A DNA stretch of 64,000 bases from Lama glama (Eukaryota). Both the position numbers and the translations under genes were made by a program. The first letter of the stretch is position 1; every line of letters starts with the position of its first letter. The stretch is from assembly GCA_028534125.1 (NCBI GenBank), contig CM052817.1:54562001-54626000 (forward strand), in the 5' to 3' direction. Below the pieces are notes generated by a model. It saw nothing but the letters and a program-made list of their open reading frames with translations. It ran no database searches and was not told where the DNA came from. Positions 51,879 to 64,000 of this stretch are shown piece after piece.

Positions 51879-53551
51879 GTTGGAAAGCTTTCTCTGGAGG
51901 ATGTGATTAATATATTAAGGCCAACTTTTAATATATTTAACACTGTGCCACAAGACTATGCCCTCTGCCCTGTCCTGTCCAAAATAATCATTAATATCCT
52001 GGATGATATGAATGTCAAAGTTACATATTATAGGAAGGTGGAGTGACTAGTCAATAAAATAGTCTTTATTATCTAATAAAGAACACAGTCAAACACGAGG
52101 AATTTAATAGAGATTTATTGTAGTGGTGAACTGCTGCCTTTGCTCACAGGGAAATTTCCCCCAATTCAGTTTAGCTTACCTTAGTGAAAGGGTAAGCTCC
52201 TTCCTTCCCTCCAAGTTCAAAACTTTGTTTGGAGGTAGGTGGGAAGAACTCTGGTGGCAGATTGTTCAGTGTGCTTGATCAGCAGATTCTAAACAGGTAC
52301 TGAGTTGGTGGACAGAATCTGGGCTAAAGGACAACTCCAGGTCTTTTTGTGACTCATAGTAAACCAACTGCTCTTTTCCAAAATCTTGTTTAACAGTCCT
52401 TTTCCTTTCTACATAACTTTAAAAATCTTCTTGTATTTTCAGTGTCAGTGAGGACTTTGAGTCATCCCACTGGTTCTTCACCACCTACTTTTAAATTTGT
52501 TTGTAGTTTGATGTCTCACTTTGATGTTTGACATTCCTCATCTTAACAGTCTCAGCTGAAGCTTCCATTTTAGCATTGTGTTACAGGGGTGCATGCAAGA
52601 TGCTGCACTAAAAACATGTAGACTGTTACTGGAGAAAGTAGGAACTTCAGATTCTGAGCTTGAATCTACAACAAATTATATTAGAGGTTTTCAACATTGT
52701 TGTTTTGTCAAAATGCACACAGTAAATGAAAATTACTGTTGTGAAACATTCTCACATGGTATTTTCAGCATCATAGTCATAAATCTAATACTTTTGCACT
52801 TACTCAAAATAGCATATTGACATTTAGGTAAGAAAGAAATAAAAGAGTGTAGATGTAAGCTTATGAAGTCTGCTCTAAAAACCTGAAAATAACTAACAAA
52901 CTTTTTTCTATTAGTAATCACACATTACTTGTAATATGGTTCAAAACTGCTAATGACAACAGTGTGTTGAGACTCCTTGCTGAGAACACAAACATTTAAA
53001 AAATAAAAGGCAGTGATTATAAACAGTTTTTAGTATTTAAAACTTAATATAATTAATTGGTTTTGAAAGAAGAAAACATATACAATATATATGTTAATTA
53101 AGATTTTCATCTATATCTTCAGTTTTTCACTTGCAGATTGCTTAGGTAAATACCTTGAGTATTCCCGAAAAAAGGGTAGAGGAAAGAGTATGCTGTAATT
53201 GAATTTACTTCATTACTTCTGAAAACTGCTTATTAAGAACTATTACTTCATCTAGTTTGATGGTGTGGCTTCTCTTATGTGATGAGAGCCCTCCAGGCAG
53301 GTTAGTTTTTATAATCCAATCTAGATTATAACAGATAACTCTAGGAAAATGATCAGCAAATTGAAGATCTACTCTTTAAGGCACTATTGTTCCATGATTT
53401 CAGTATGTTAACTTTTCATAGGATATTTAACGTGCTAAATTCCCATCTTTGATGTTCTCTTTTGTCACAGAATAACATCTTTATGCTTTTACCCAGTAAT
53501 TGTGATGAGATATGATGCTACTTTAAAAACATTTTTTTTTTCTAATTTGAT

Positions 53552-53725
53552 AGGTCTCAACCTTGGCTGCAAAATTGAAACAATCTGGAAAATCTTTGGA
53601 AAATATACTTTGTCTCAACTGCAGAAGTTCTGATTCTTTTGCTTGGGGGTGGAGCCTATGCATTAACTACTTTTGAAAAGTTTCTTAAGTGATTCCAATG
53701 TAGAGTATGGGCTGAGACCCACTTC
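53552..53725. mobile_element. MER5-family MITE
   Basis: gtctcaaccttggctgca...ttctgatt...tgggggtggagcct...gtgattccaatgt...gggctgagacccact. Confidence 0.7.
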
Positions 53726-54189
53726 CATATGTACATTTTTATATTTATTTATCAGAATTATTTTCTTTCTTATCATGAGATCGGTCTGTATATTTCACTA
53801 ACCTCCAGCCCAGAGTCATATTGTGAATAAAGTTTCTTATTTCTTAATCAGATATGAATGTAAGTGAAAACATATAGTGTAAAAATAGTCAAATGTAGGA
53901 ATAGAAAAAACATATGTACATACGTAAATGAAATCCCAGCCAGGACCTAATAATTTTAGCTTGGGATCTGAATAATAAAACTCAGCAGGTGACACTTTAT
54001 TTTTCAATATTCCATTTCCTCTTTTTTGTATTACTAGTACAATTAATAGTATTTTCTTCATTCTTGTGTTTTTTTTATTATTTGCTGCCAGTGGCTTCTC
54101 TTTGCATAGGTGGGATTTACATTTTAACCATTGTTTTATTTATCTTTTTATTCATTATTCTTTTGAGTGAAGTACAATGGGAGGTTGTT

Positions 54190-54370
54190 TTCTTTCAGTT
54201 CAGCAAACCTTAATTGAATATCCATTATAAACAATGCATGGATTTGTCTCTGTGAGGATTAGAAAAGTGGTAAGACAAATACCTTGTCCTCAAGTGCTTT
54301 GTGACGATGAGAGAGACAACAGAGCATCAGTATGTTGTTCAGAGTGCTGGGAGTACTGTAATAGAAGCAT
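54190..54370 (-). mobile_element. L2 3' fragment
   Basis: cagttcagcaaaccttaattgaat...taagaca...ccttgtcctcaag. Confidence 0.55.
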
Positions 54371-54734
54371 GATGTTGAATATTAACTCTTAAACGGCTAT
54401 CCTTGTTTTATATTTTCAAAACTATAGAGCATGCAATTTTTCCTCTAAATAATGCTTGTCAGACATAGTTGGTTTTGACTAAGCAGAACAGAATATGATA
54501 ATGGTCCTCACATATAAAAGATACTCAAGCCAATCATATAAATGTGTCCTAAAAATTACAGTGTTTTGACAGTTTTTTGAGATTTGTTTTTACACATGAG
54601 GCATATGAAATGTAAATTTTGCAGAAGATGTTCTTTTGATATTGTAATTTTAGGCTTGCTATTAAGAGATAAGAGACAAACTTTTCTAAGTTAAAAAAGT
54701 AATTTTAATGAAATACAAAGAATGCTAGTTTTTG

Positions 54735-55221
54735 CTTGACATGGATATTGTTGGAGTCTCATGTACCAGTGACTCACCTGAGACTAACTGTATTAGCAGG
54801 GAAATTTCCAGTGTGCTAGTGTCTTCCCACCTTAAGTGGCTGTGAGTCTTTCCCTCTTTGCCAAGGGCTTTCTCTGGCCTCGTATGAGCTTGCTCTGTAG
54901 CACGTGGGCAACCAAGAAATAACAGATAGTGAATATCCTTAGAAGCAACCATTGTCCAACGGGGATGAGGGTCTTCAGCCAAGGCGTTAACTTCTCATTG
55001 TCATGTGGGATGATTCTGATGCATGTTTCATGTCATCTGTCCAAGTGTACCCAGAGGACACTAACCCCACGGTCCATAGAATTAACCTGCTTACTGGTGC
55101 TCAATTATTTGGAGGTTTTCTTCTCACTTTTTTCATTTCCTTATTTGTGCTTCCTGAAATCACTATCTAAAATCACTTCCTTGGGTCAGCATTTATTTTA
55201 GGGGGAACCAAAACAAAGACT
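54735..55221 (+). mobile_element. ERVL solo LTR (LTR16/LTR33-like)
   Basis: cttcctgaaatcac...tcagcatttattttagggggaaccaaaacaaagac 3' end. Confidence 0.6.
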
Positions 55222-55224
55222 TCT

Positions 55225-55660
55225 CTCAATATGTATTCTAACCCACTCTCAGTAGAATAAGAACCTTGAGTTTTGCCTGTGTCATGGCTTTTCACAGTAA
55301 AAACTATGATATTTTTCTCTGGCTTCTTTATAGCTATATATGATCATGTGACCAGCTTCTGTTAAATATAATATGAGTAGAAATTTTGATTGCACCTTCC
55401 AAGTTGTGCTTTCAAGTGTTGGGGATATCATGCCACTCCCCCCTTTCTCTTCATTAGAAGGAGGTGAGCAATCTTGACTATATGTTAGAAGGCTTACCAC
55501 TTTGCACATCTGGGGAAAGACAACAGAAGCCTCGGTATCAGACACTGGAGAGCCTCTGTGCCAGAGTGAAATGCTTCAATCAGGCTTTGTTTAAAAGAGA
55601 AATATGTTTTTCTCTTATTTTTGTTTCATCTCTCTGCTATAGCAGCCTGAACTATATTAT
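55225..55660 (+). mobile_element. MaLR LTR remnant (MLT1-like)
   Basis: tgatcatgtgaccagcttctg ... gagaaata ... tctctgctatagcagcctgaact. Confidence 0.5.
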
Positions 55661-56524
55661 AATTATTACATTGTCTGCACAAATTAAATATAAATACATG
55701 GGATTGTATCTAAGAGAAAAATTACATTATAATCACCCTGGAAAGATCGTTTATTTAGTAACATATATCACACATCTATATAGAAATAAGACAATGGAGA
55801 CAGTTCTCTAAGAGATGATACATACCTCATTTTGACTGCTTTAAATGTGAGAATTTTAACTGGAATTGTCAGGTAGATTTCATCACTCCAGGAACAACTT
55901 AAAAAGTACTTGGAATAGTTGTTTTGCTTAAGCAGTTACGAAATACCATGGGATTAGAAAAGTACAATTGAATCTTCTTTCTGGATTGAGAACATTATAT
56001 ATTTTATGGATGCATTCGCTTAAACATACAATTGTTTAACAACAATAAAGGTAGTTTGTTGGTTGTGATGTGAACTTCCAGTTCTTCTTAAGTAAGGACT
56101 TTTTGAGGACAAGGTTACTGAGAAATCATCTGCAGATTTTTAAATTACACTTGCCAGGTTAATAAATTTGTATTTTTGAAAAAAAAAAAAAGTTATCTCC
56201 AGGCATTCCTACCAGAGGATGGGAAACAGGGCATTAATCAGCAGTACTGAAGGCTCTTTGTGAACTGACTGTGCTGTTATTTCAGAATCCTTATTTTCAG
56301 TTTTTGGAAGATTTTTGTCTCTCACAATATTTTGTTTCAAGCACCAAGTTTTTATCACAAGTTTTCTATAGACATGTATTCCCTGCGATATTTCCTGCAA
56401 AGTGTCTATGATTATATTTAACTTGAGAATGGCTTCTCTGTCTGTTTGGAGTATGCTGTTCTACAGTATTGGTTGTAATTTTCTGTATCCTGTGTGATCA
56501 TGGGTTGATCAGAAGGACTCTACT

Positions 56525-56582
56525 TATTCATTCATTTATTCAGTCATTCACTCACTCACTCACTCACTTACTTATTCATTTA
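56525..56582. repeat. (TTCA)n/(CTCA)n simple repeat, probably an L2 tail
   Basis: attcattcatttattcagtcattcactcactcactcactcact. Confidence 0.75.
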
Positions 56583-58803
56583 CTATTTCAGGCACAGTAG
56601 TAAGCAATTTCATTTTTCCATTTGGAGATCAAGCTAGAGACAGATGCCTTCTTTGGCAGCATCATGACGTTGCTTTGAATATCCCAAGCACCCACTTAGT
56701 GGCACTGGCTGTGGTGGGATTACTCTTAACTGTCTCATGGCCATGACAAGGACTTCATTTGTTCTTCTAGTCTTGTCTTTGATGGGATATTTCCACTGTA
56801 ATCATATACTAGTAATACTGTTTTTTTTAAAATTAGATTTTCTTTTTCTAAGATAACTTTAAGTCGAACTTTGTTATTCACTCTGGATATATTCTCCAGT
56901 TTGTTATTAATGACTTATTTTCACCTTGACATATTTGAGATTTCTAGTATATGTTACTTTGCTTAATTAAAAAAATATGATGGCTTTGTTCCTTCTCAAC
57001 AAGGTGAAGAAGGAAAATGCAGGGTTTTTGCCAGAACAGGCTGTGGAGAATCTGTAGAGCCATCAATAGAGAGAAAGTTTATATTCTGAAAAGGTCAGTG
57101 ACATATTGGCTGCGATTATTTTGAGCCCTGATTTCCTTTATCATCAAGTTCTCCTGAATATATTATTGTTAATCTCTTTGTTAACCTAATGAATTATTCC
57201 ATGTATAATACTCATGCTTAACTAAATAGTGTTTTAAGGGTAGAAGAGAAGGGGTTTTTTGTTAACAGAAATGTGCAAATAAAAATACCAGATGAAAAGC
57301 AAACTATTCTGTTTCCTATTGGCTTCTTTGTTGACTTCAGTGAGAAGACAGCAGTAAAAGCTTAGGGCTATCTCAGTTTATCTCTTATAAAAACAACTCT
57401 GTGTCTCCTATTTGAGTTTAATATAAAGTTGATATCCTGCATGCAACCCAAAGTATTTTAGGATTATAAAATCTTTGTTTTAAAAGTCATGAGTTAAACT
57501 ATACGTAGAAAGATACTTGGCTTAAATGATGTATTCACCATTTCCTCACTGTAGTCTGATAGAAGGAAGGGGGTGTCCGCTAAGGCATGAAGGGATGAAG
57601 GGTGTGATAAACATTCTTACTCTGTTCCTTATGCTACCTGTAAATACTGTTCCGTGAGGAGACTGAAGTGCATAAGGCAAAAGAAATTGCATCTTCTAGT
57701 ATATTTAGATCACATTTCAAACTGCCAGAAGTGGTTCAGCATGTATTCTCCCCACAGCCTGGCAAATTAGGCTATTTTAATGTGATAAAATACAGTCTTG
57801 ATGAAAACTTTTATTTTTAGTTTGGTATCTTTCAAAGGAGTCTTACAGCATCACTGTGTCTGTCTATGTGAGTATCTGTCTACCCCCATATGCTGTCAGA
57901 GACAGTTGGCATTGCCTTGGCAACTTTACAGGATCAAATTGCAGCCGTGTTCAGTATTCAGTGAAAGCAAAACTAACATGCCTTATCAATCTCTGTAGGT
58001 TTGAGTCTTTTTGTTGTAGTCAGATAGTTATAAAAATTATAATAAGCCCCTTTGGAGCAGGGAAATGTTTATTTGATTTTGTATCAACAGCACCTTGCCA
58101 GTACCTGGCTTATAGAAAATATTCGATAAATCTTTCTAAGTCAGTGGATTAAAAAAAGGAAACTGTATCATTGCTTTTGGATGATTTTAGAAGTCATAAA
58201 GAGTGTAATACACTTGGTGATGACCACAGCTTCAGAACTGAGGTGAGTGACTCCCAGGAGGCTTCTGCAAAATCTCGTTTCTGCATTCCTTCTTCCTCCA
58301 AATCTCGCATGAATATGTCTCACTGGTGGGAATTAGCTCAGATATTCTGGGAAATGTAGTTCCCAGGCTTTTAGCCCCTTTGATACAGGGGAAGGAATGG
58401 AAGTGGGTGAATTGCTGAGTTGCAAAAAGGTAATTCAAAGCAGCTTTTTAGGCAGAACTTTTATAAAAATTACCTGAAAATGTTGCATTAGTGCCAGGCA
58501 TAAGCTGGAATTCAGTACGACTGGCCCAGATCTTAGATTTATACAAGGATTGAGTGCGTGCAAGTTTCAAAATGCCCTTATTCCAATGTTGCACCATACA
58601 ATTTGAGGTGACACCAGTATATACAGGCAATTCTTGTGCATGTCCTTCTGGGATTTTTCTTATGGGTTCTGCTCATTGAATTGTTACTGTGAGGAGTCTT
58701 TGTAAACAAGAACTAGTTATGGGAGAATCTGGAGGAAATGCTCCTTGTGGGTGCTGAGATTCTCTGATACTTCCAGGTTAGGAAAAGTAAAGTGGACCAC
58801 TGA

Positions 58804-59615
58804 CTTTTTTAAAGTGAAGTATAGTTGACTTACAATATTGTGTTAGTTTCAAGTGTACAATATATTGATTCAGTTATTCTGATTATAGTTCATTATGGGT
58901 TATTATAAGCTATCAAATATAATTCCCTGTGCTATATGGTAAATCCTTATTTATCTATTTTATGTACAGTTGTTTGTGTCTATTAATCCAATATTCCCAA
59001 TTTATCCCTCCTCCCTCCCACTCCCTTTTGGTAAATATAAATTTGTTTTCTATGTCTGTGAGTCTGTTTCTGTTTTGTACAAAGATTCATTTGTATTATT
59101 TTTTAGATTCCATATATAAGTGATATCATATAGTATTTGTCTTTTTCTGACTTACTTCACTAAGTATAGTATTCTCTAGATCCATCCGTTTTGTTGTAAA
59201 TAGCATTATTTCATCTTTTTTCTGGCTTAGTAGTATTTCATTTTAATATATATGTATATTCTATATAATATGTATATTCTATATATATGTGTATATATAC
59301 ACCTATATATGCCACATCTTCTTAAGCCAGTTGTCTGTTCATGAGCACTTGGGTTGTTTCCATGTCTTGACTATTGTAAATAGTGTTGATAAGAACATTG
59401 GGGTGCATATATCTTTTTGAATTAGAGTTTTTGATTTTTCTGGATATATACCCAGGAGTAAGGTTGCTGGATCTTATGGTAACTATTTTTAGTTTTTTAA
59501 GGAACATTCATACTGTTTTCTATAGTGGCTACAACAATTTATATTCCCATTAACATATATGAGTGTTCTCTTTTCTCCACACCCTTTCCAGTATTTATTA
59601 TTTGTAGACTTTTTA
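58804..59615 (-). mobile_element. 5'-truncated L1 3' end (artiodactyl-lineage type)
   Basis: tgaagtatagttgacttacaatattgtgttagtttcaagtgtaca, ttagattccatatataagtgatatcata, aagaacattggggtgcatatatctttttgaattagag; related to 27620-28687. Confidence 0.9.
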
Positions 59616-60424
59616 GACTGTTGAACTTAATAAGTTAAACAGGCTCTGTTGAGTCCCCCACCCTGATCTGTAGATCCCTTCACACCTCCTAATTCAGGTT
59701 AAGTGACTATAGTAAGGGAAAAACGTTTATAATATCTACACATTTTCTCTTAAAATCTTCACTTTGTTTTGTAATCATTTGTGCTAAGTTTTAGAATGTA
59801 TTTATTAAAAACTGGATAAATGTGTCCTCTTTACTGTCCTGAATGAAGTATGCCATCCCCAACCCAGTCCCTGCCCTTGAAAAGAAATGAAAGGAATTTG
59901 AAAAAACTCTCTCGCCACACACCCAACCTTGAACAGTGCTGGTGCTTAGTAGGTCCACATATATTTTGCAAAATGAACGAATGTATGAATAAAATAAAAC
60001 ATTATTATTTAGGGTATCAATACTTAGAATTTTTTTTTTACCTTGTTTTATTTAATTATGAAGCATCTCTTTGACGTGGCTGATGGCTGAAAATGAGTTC
60101 GGCTTCTTTTTATGTTATTCTTCAAATTTGACTCAATGCTACACAGTTTCCCAGGAAGCCATCTTTGTGGAGGAGCCAGTAAAGCTGACTACCGGATCTC
60201 TTCTTTCTGTAGGTAGGAACAAGATGTTTTGGGGATTGATGTAGGAATTAGTGCTATAGTGCTTCAGGAAGACAAACGAGTTGCAAGACCAAGTTATGAA
60301 CTGTTGGTCATTCATCAAGACTCAGGTTTCTGTGATTTAAACAATTTCTTGCCTTCTTTTTCCTTTTTCTCTAATTCCTGATATTTTATACATACCTCAG
60401 TTATTCCATGTTCATTTTGTATGA

Positions 60425-60620
60425 ACTCAAATTCATCAATATTTATTGAATGCCCGCTTTGTATTACATGTTGTGTTAGATCTACTAGGATTAGCATACA
60501 AACAAAAATATAATATCACCCATCCTTCCAAAAATTTGTAGTTTAGTTGTGGAAATAGATGGTAAACTAGAATGTCAGTACTTTTGGTGAAATACAGGCA
60601 TAGAGATATCTATTCATTGC
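60425..60620 (-). mobile_element. L2 3' fragment
   Basis: aattcatcaatatttattgaatgccc...tgtgttagatctactaggatt. Confidence 0.6.
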
Positions 60621-61934
60621 AATAAAAAGACAAAACATTGCATTTAATTCAGAGAGACATTCAGGTCCAGAAAGATATATTATTAACTTTGTACACCTAG
60701 AAATAATGAATAGACTCTCAATTAATATGCAATACATTGATTAGTAAATAAGTGCAGCATTATTAGTAATATATAATTAAAGTATATTTTTGATTGATGT
60801 AAACATCACATGACATTTCTAAGAAAAATTTTAAAATTTAAAATGAGTATAATTCTATACTGAAATCTAACTTTATCCTATACATTCTGTTTTCTTAAAC
60901 CGAAGTTGTTTTGTGCACAGCATTTTAAAACCCAACACTGCTTCTAAATTGAAGGTAAATTAGGAAGTTTGCTTTCATTCTTTGGCAGTGATGGAAATAC
61001 AGTGTTTCCATATCTTTGAAAATCGGTCCCTTATGTGCTACCATGGCTACCTTCGGTTTATATTTAACTGTGAAGGTAATGCTGGAAGTGATTCCCTGGA
61101 TTTTCCAATGGGTAGGCTCAAATCTAATTCCAGATAGACTGAGAATAAATCTTTCCCCACTTGTACAAAAAATGTTTCTGCCTGTTAGGTACATACTTGA
61201 CTCACCCTTAACTCATAAACTGATGCATGTTCCCGACATATCACACCAGCCTCCTACAGCTTTTCTTCCCACAAACACACTATGAACTCCACATGGCACA
61301 ACACCCACCACTTCTCAGGCCAGCAGGATCACTATAATATATTTTCACAAAGATATGCAAGAAAGAACACACACAGCTCTCCCACACAGCACGGAACAAT
61401 CATGCAGAATGAAGCACAATCTATTCTGGTTTCATATCCCTGTTTTCCAAAGGTGAGTAGGCAGATACAAAAATGATGCTGCTGTAATAATCTTTATCTT
61501 CATAAAAGGTTTTTAAAAAATACTCAGCAAATACATTCCTAGGGTTATTGAATCTCTAAAACTAACTCTTAGTTGACAGAGACCAATTCACCCAGCGGTA
61601 TAGGGAAAAAAAAAAAAGCGAGATCTTTTGGGGATAAATTCTTCTTTACTATCAGTCTCCTCCTTATATAGGCACCCAATCTAGATGGCCAAGAAAAGCC
61701 TTCTCTTGCATTTCAAATGCCAGTAAGGGTTATTATTGCCAGCATTTTAATTGCTATTAAAAACAAAAGAGAACCAAGACAATAAGTTGGGGCACATCCA
61801 AGTCAGAATGCTTCATAGATACCAGAAACAAGAAGGTAATTGTTCACATGTGGAAAGGTGTCCTTTAGGCATTCAGGTATTTACAGGCTACCTCAGTTCC
61901 AGCATTGATATTTCATGTCTGCTCTACAGCAGTA

Positions 61935-62055
61935 AATGAAGAGCTTGGAGACCTGGATTCTCATCACAGATGTGCTGCTTTATGTTTGTGTCACCATGGA
62001 TAAATCATCGTATTTTTTTTAAAGTCAATTGTCTCCTAAGTAAAACTAGGTATCC
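61935..62055 (+). mobile_element. MIR fragment
   Basis: ggagacctggattctcatc...tgctgctt...tgtgtcaccatggataaatca. Confidence 0.6.
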
Positions 62056-62680
62056 AGATTTATATGAGGGTGTGGGGAGGGATAACAGTAATTGAACATC
62101 TACTATTATCAGCTTCTGTAATCTTCAAAATGACCTTAGTGTTGGACCTTTTCTTTACCCCAATACTTACTTACTAGGAAATGGAGCCCAGAAAGCAGGG
62201 CCCCATGAGTAATGTCCTCAAACTGGCAAATGGTGTAAACAAAAGCTCATCTATTATTAAAAACTACCTGGAATTATTATTCTCTGACAAGATAGTATTT
62301 TAATTGTAAGTGACATACATCAAATTTTTAGGAGATAGTTCAATATTTAAGGGAAACTGTTATTACTGATAACTTTTGTCCTTATAAAAGCATTGTATGT
62401 TACAAGGGAAATAATCTTTTATATTTGAATTTTTGACTTAATTTTTGAAAGCTATGTTAAATTATGGAGCAGTGGACATTTCTGTACATGCATAATTTGC
62501 ACATATTTCTGGTTTTCTTTAAGGAGAATGTCTAGTTAAAGGATATGAACTTTTTGAATCTCTTTATTCAACTAAAATTTATTTTCTAAAAAGAAGTTAT
62601 AAACAATTACGCTTTCACCTGAGTATATGATTGTGTCTATCTCCAGCACCTATTCTAGCAATAAAAATTATTATTCCTGG

Positions 62681-63180
62681 NNNNNNNNNNNNNNNNNNNN
62701 NNNNNNNNNNNNNNNNNNNNNNNNNNNNNNNNNNNNNNNNNNNNNNNNNNNNNNNNNNNNNNNNNNNNNNNNNNNNNNNNNNNNNNNNNNNNNNNNNNNN
62801 NNNNNNNNNNNNNNNNNNNNNNNNNNNNNNNNNNNNNNNNNNNNNNNNNNNNNNNNNNNNNNNNNNNNNNNNNNNNNNNNNNNNNNNNNNNNNNNNNNNN
62901 NNNNNNNNNNNNNNNNNNNNNNNNNNNNNNNNNNNNNNNNNNNNNNNNNNNNNNNNNNNNNNNNNNNNNNNNNNNNNNNNNNNNNNNNNNNNNNNNNNNN
63001 NNNNNNNNNNNNNNNNNNNNNNNNNNNNNNNNNNNNNNNNNNNNNNNNNNNNNNNNNNNNNNNNNNNNNNNNNNNNNNNNNNNNNNNNNNNNNNNNNNNN
63101 NNNNNNNNNNNNNNNNNNNNNNNNNNNNNNNNNNNNNNNNNNNNNNNNNNNNNNNNNNNNNNNNNNNNNNNNNNNNNNNN
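62681..63180. other. Assembly gap (500 N)
   Basis: Run of exactly 500 n; the four poly-X ORFs are artefacts of it. Confidence 1.
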
Positions 63181-63334
63181 CAAGTTTTTCCACTTCTAGA
63201 AACTAGATAAGATTCAGACTTACAAAGGAGGAAAAAGCCATTACAACTGAAAATGAAGGAATGACATTTAATCCTGGAACAGGGGTGGAGCAGGGCATGG
63301 TGGATTAGTAAAAAAATTTTCTTTTAGAGAGTAA

Positions 63335-63492
63335 CTTCTCAAACTTTAATGTGCATATGTATCATCTGAAACATTGTTAAAATGCTTATTTTAATTTAGT
63401 AGGATTGGGATGAAGCCTGAGACTATGCATTTCTTCCAAGATACCAAGAGATGAAATTGCTAGTAATCTATGAACACCATTTTGAGTAGTAA
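63335..63492. mobile_element. MER5-family MITE
   Basis: cttctcaaactttaatgtgcatatgtatcatctg...ttgttaaaatgc...agtagg...gcctgagactatgcatttct...catttgagtagt. Confidence 0.75.
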
Positions 63493-63849
63493 GGATATAA
63501 AGGTCTAGGCAGTTATTTAGAATTTGACTCAGTGTCCAACTCTCCTTCTTTTAACTCTCCAGGCAATATTAAAATCTGCAGTGCTCAGCTCACTGGTCAT
63601 CAAGTCAAAATGACTTTTGCCTCACAGCTTTTGCTTTCCCTCAACTCCATCATCTCGTTACTTGTGAAGAACCCAGAAACAGATGGCCCTAACAATTTTA
63701 TTTGAGCCCTCTATTAGGATAGAAAGTAGAGATTTAGACAATTTGGTGGTGGTGGCAAAGGACAGCCTTTTTTCATGTCCATTATAGGACTAGATGTAGT
63801 CAGTTTGAAATTTCCCTCTCAACTGGGGTAACAGTAAATATATAAGCCT

Positions 63850-64000
63850 TTTATTGATTTAGCTCCATACAGGTGATGGATTAGAGCAGGAGGCAAGACA
63901 GGAAAAAAAGACACAGGATGCTGTAATATTCTAGAGGAGAAATGATAATGTTCTAAATTGAGATTGAGACAGGCAGTTGAGATAGAAAAATGAGATCTAC
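63850..64000 (-). mobile_element. L2 fragment (runs off window)
   Basis: gatggattagag...gcaagacagg...gatgctgtaatattctagaggagaaatgat. Confidence 0.5.

Noticed and set aside
62615..63206. Four 170-192 aa ORFs
   Set aside because: Artefacts of translating the N gap.
1..64000. Prokaryotic-type or other novel multi-gene system (operon, CRISPR, defence island)
   Set aside because: The DNA is repeat-laden and mammalian. No ORF outside repeats or the N gap exceeds ~140 aa, and there is no repeat-spacer array.

Overview
This is AT-rich, CpG-depleted placental-mammal genomic DNA. It is most likely camelid, because a tRNA-derived Vic-1-type SINE lies at ~31.3 kb. It looks intronic or intergenic: I recognise no intact multi-exon protein-coding gene, RNA gene, CpG island or prokaryote-type system. 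Most of the window is interspersed repeats: L2, MIR, several L1s (some nested or mosaic), MaLR/ERVL solo LTRs and MER5/MER3/MER20/MER63/MER103/Kanga DNA-transposon fossils. There is a 500-N assembly gap at 62681-63180. The two identifiable gene-derived sequences are minus-strand processed pseudogenes ~0.6 kb apart. One is an H3F3A (H3.3) retrocopy with a well-preserved 3'UTR but a collapsed, CpG-rich coding part. The other is a full-length RPL39 retrocopy inserted in an MLT1 LTR. The best host-gene candidate is a 27-nt minus-strand microexon at 35600-35626. Repeat family names come from recalled consensus motifs and their boundaries are approximate; no database search was run. I found no convincing novel biological system.
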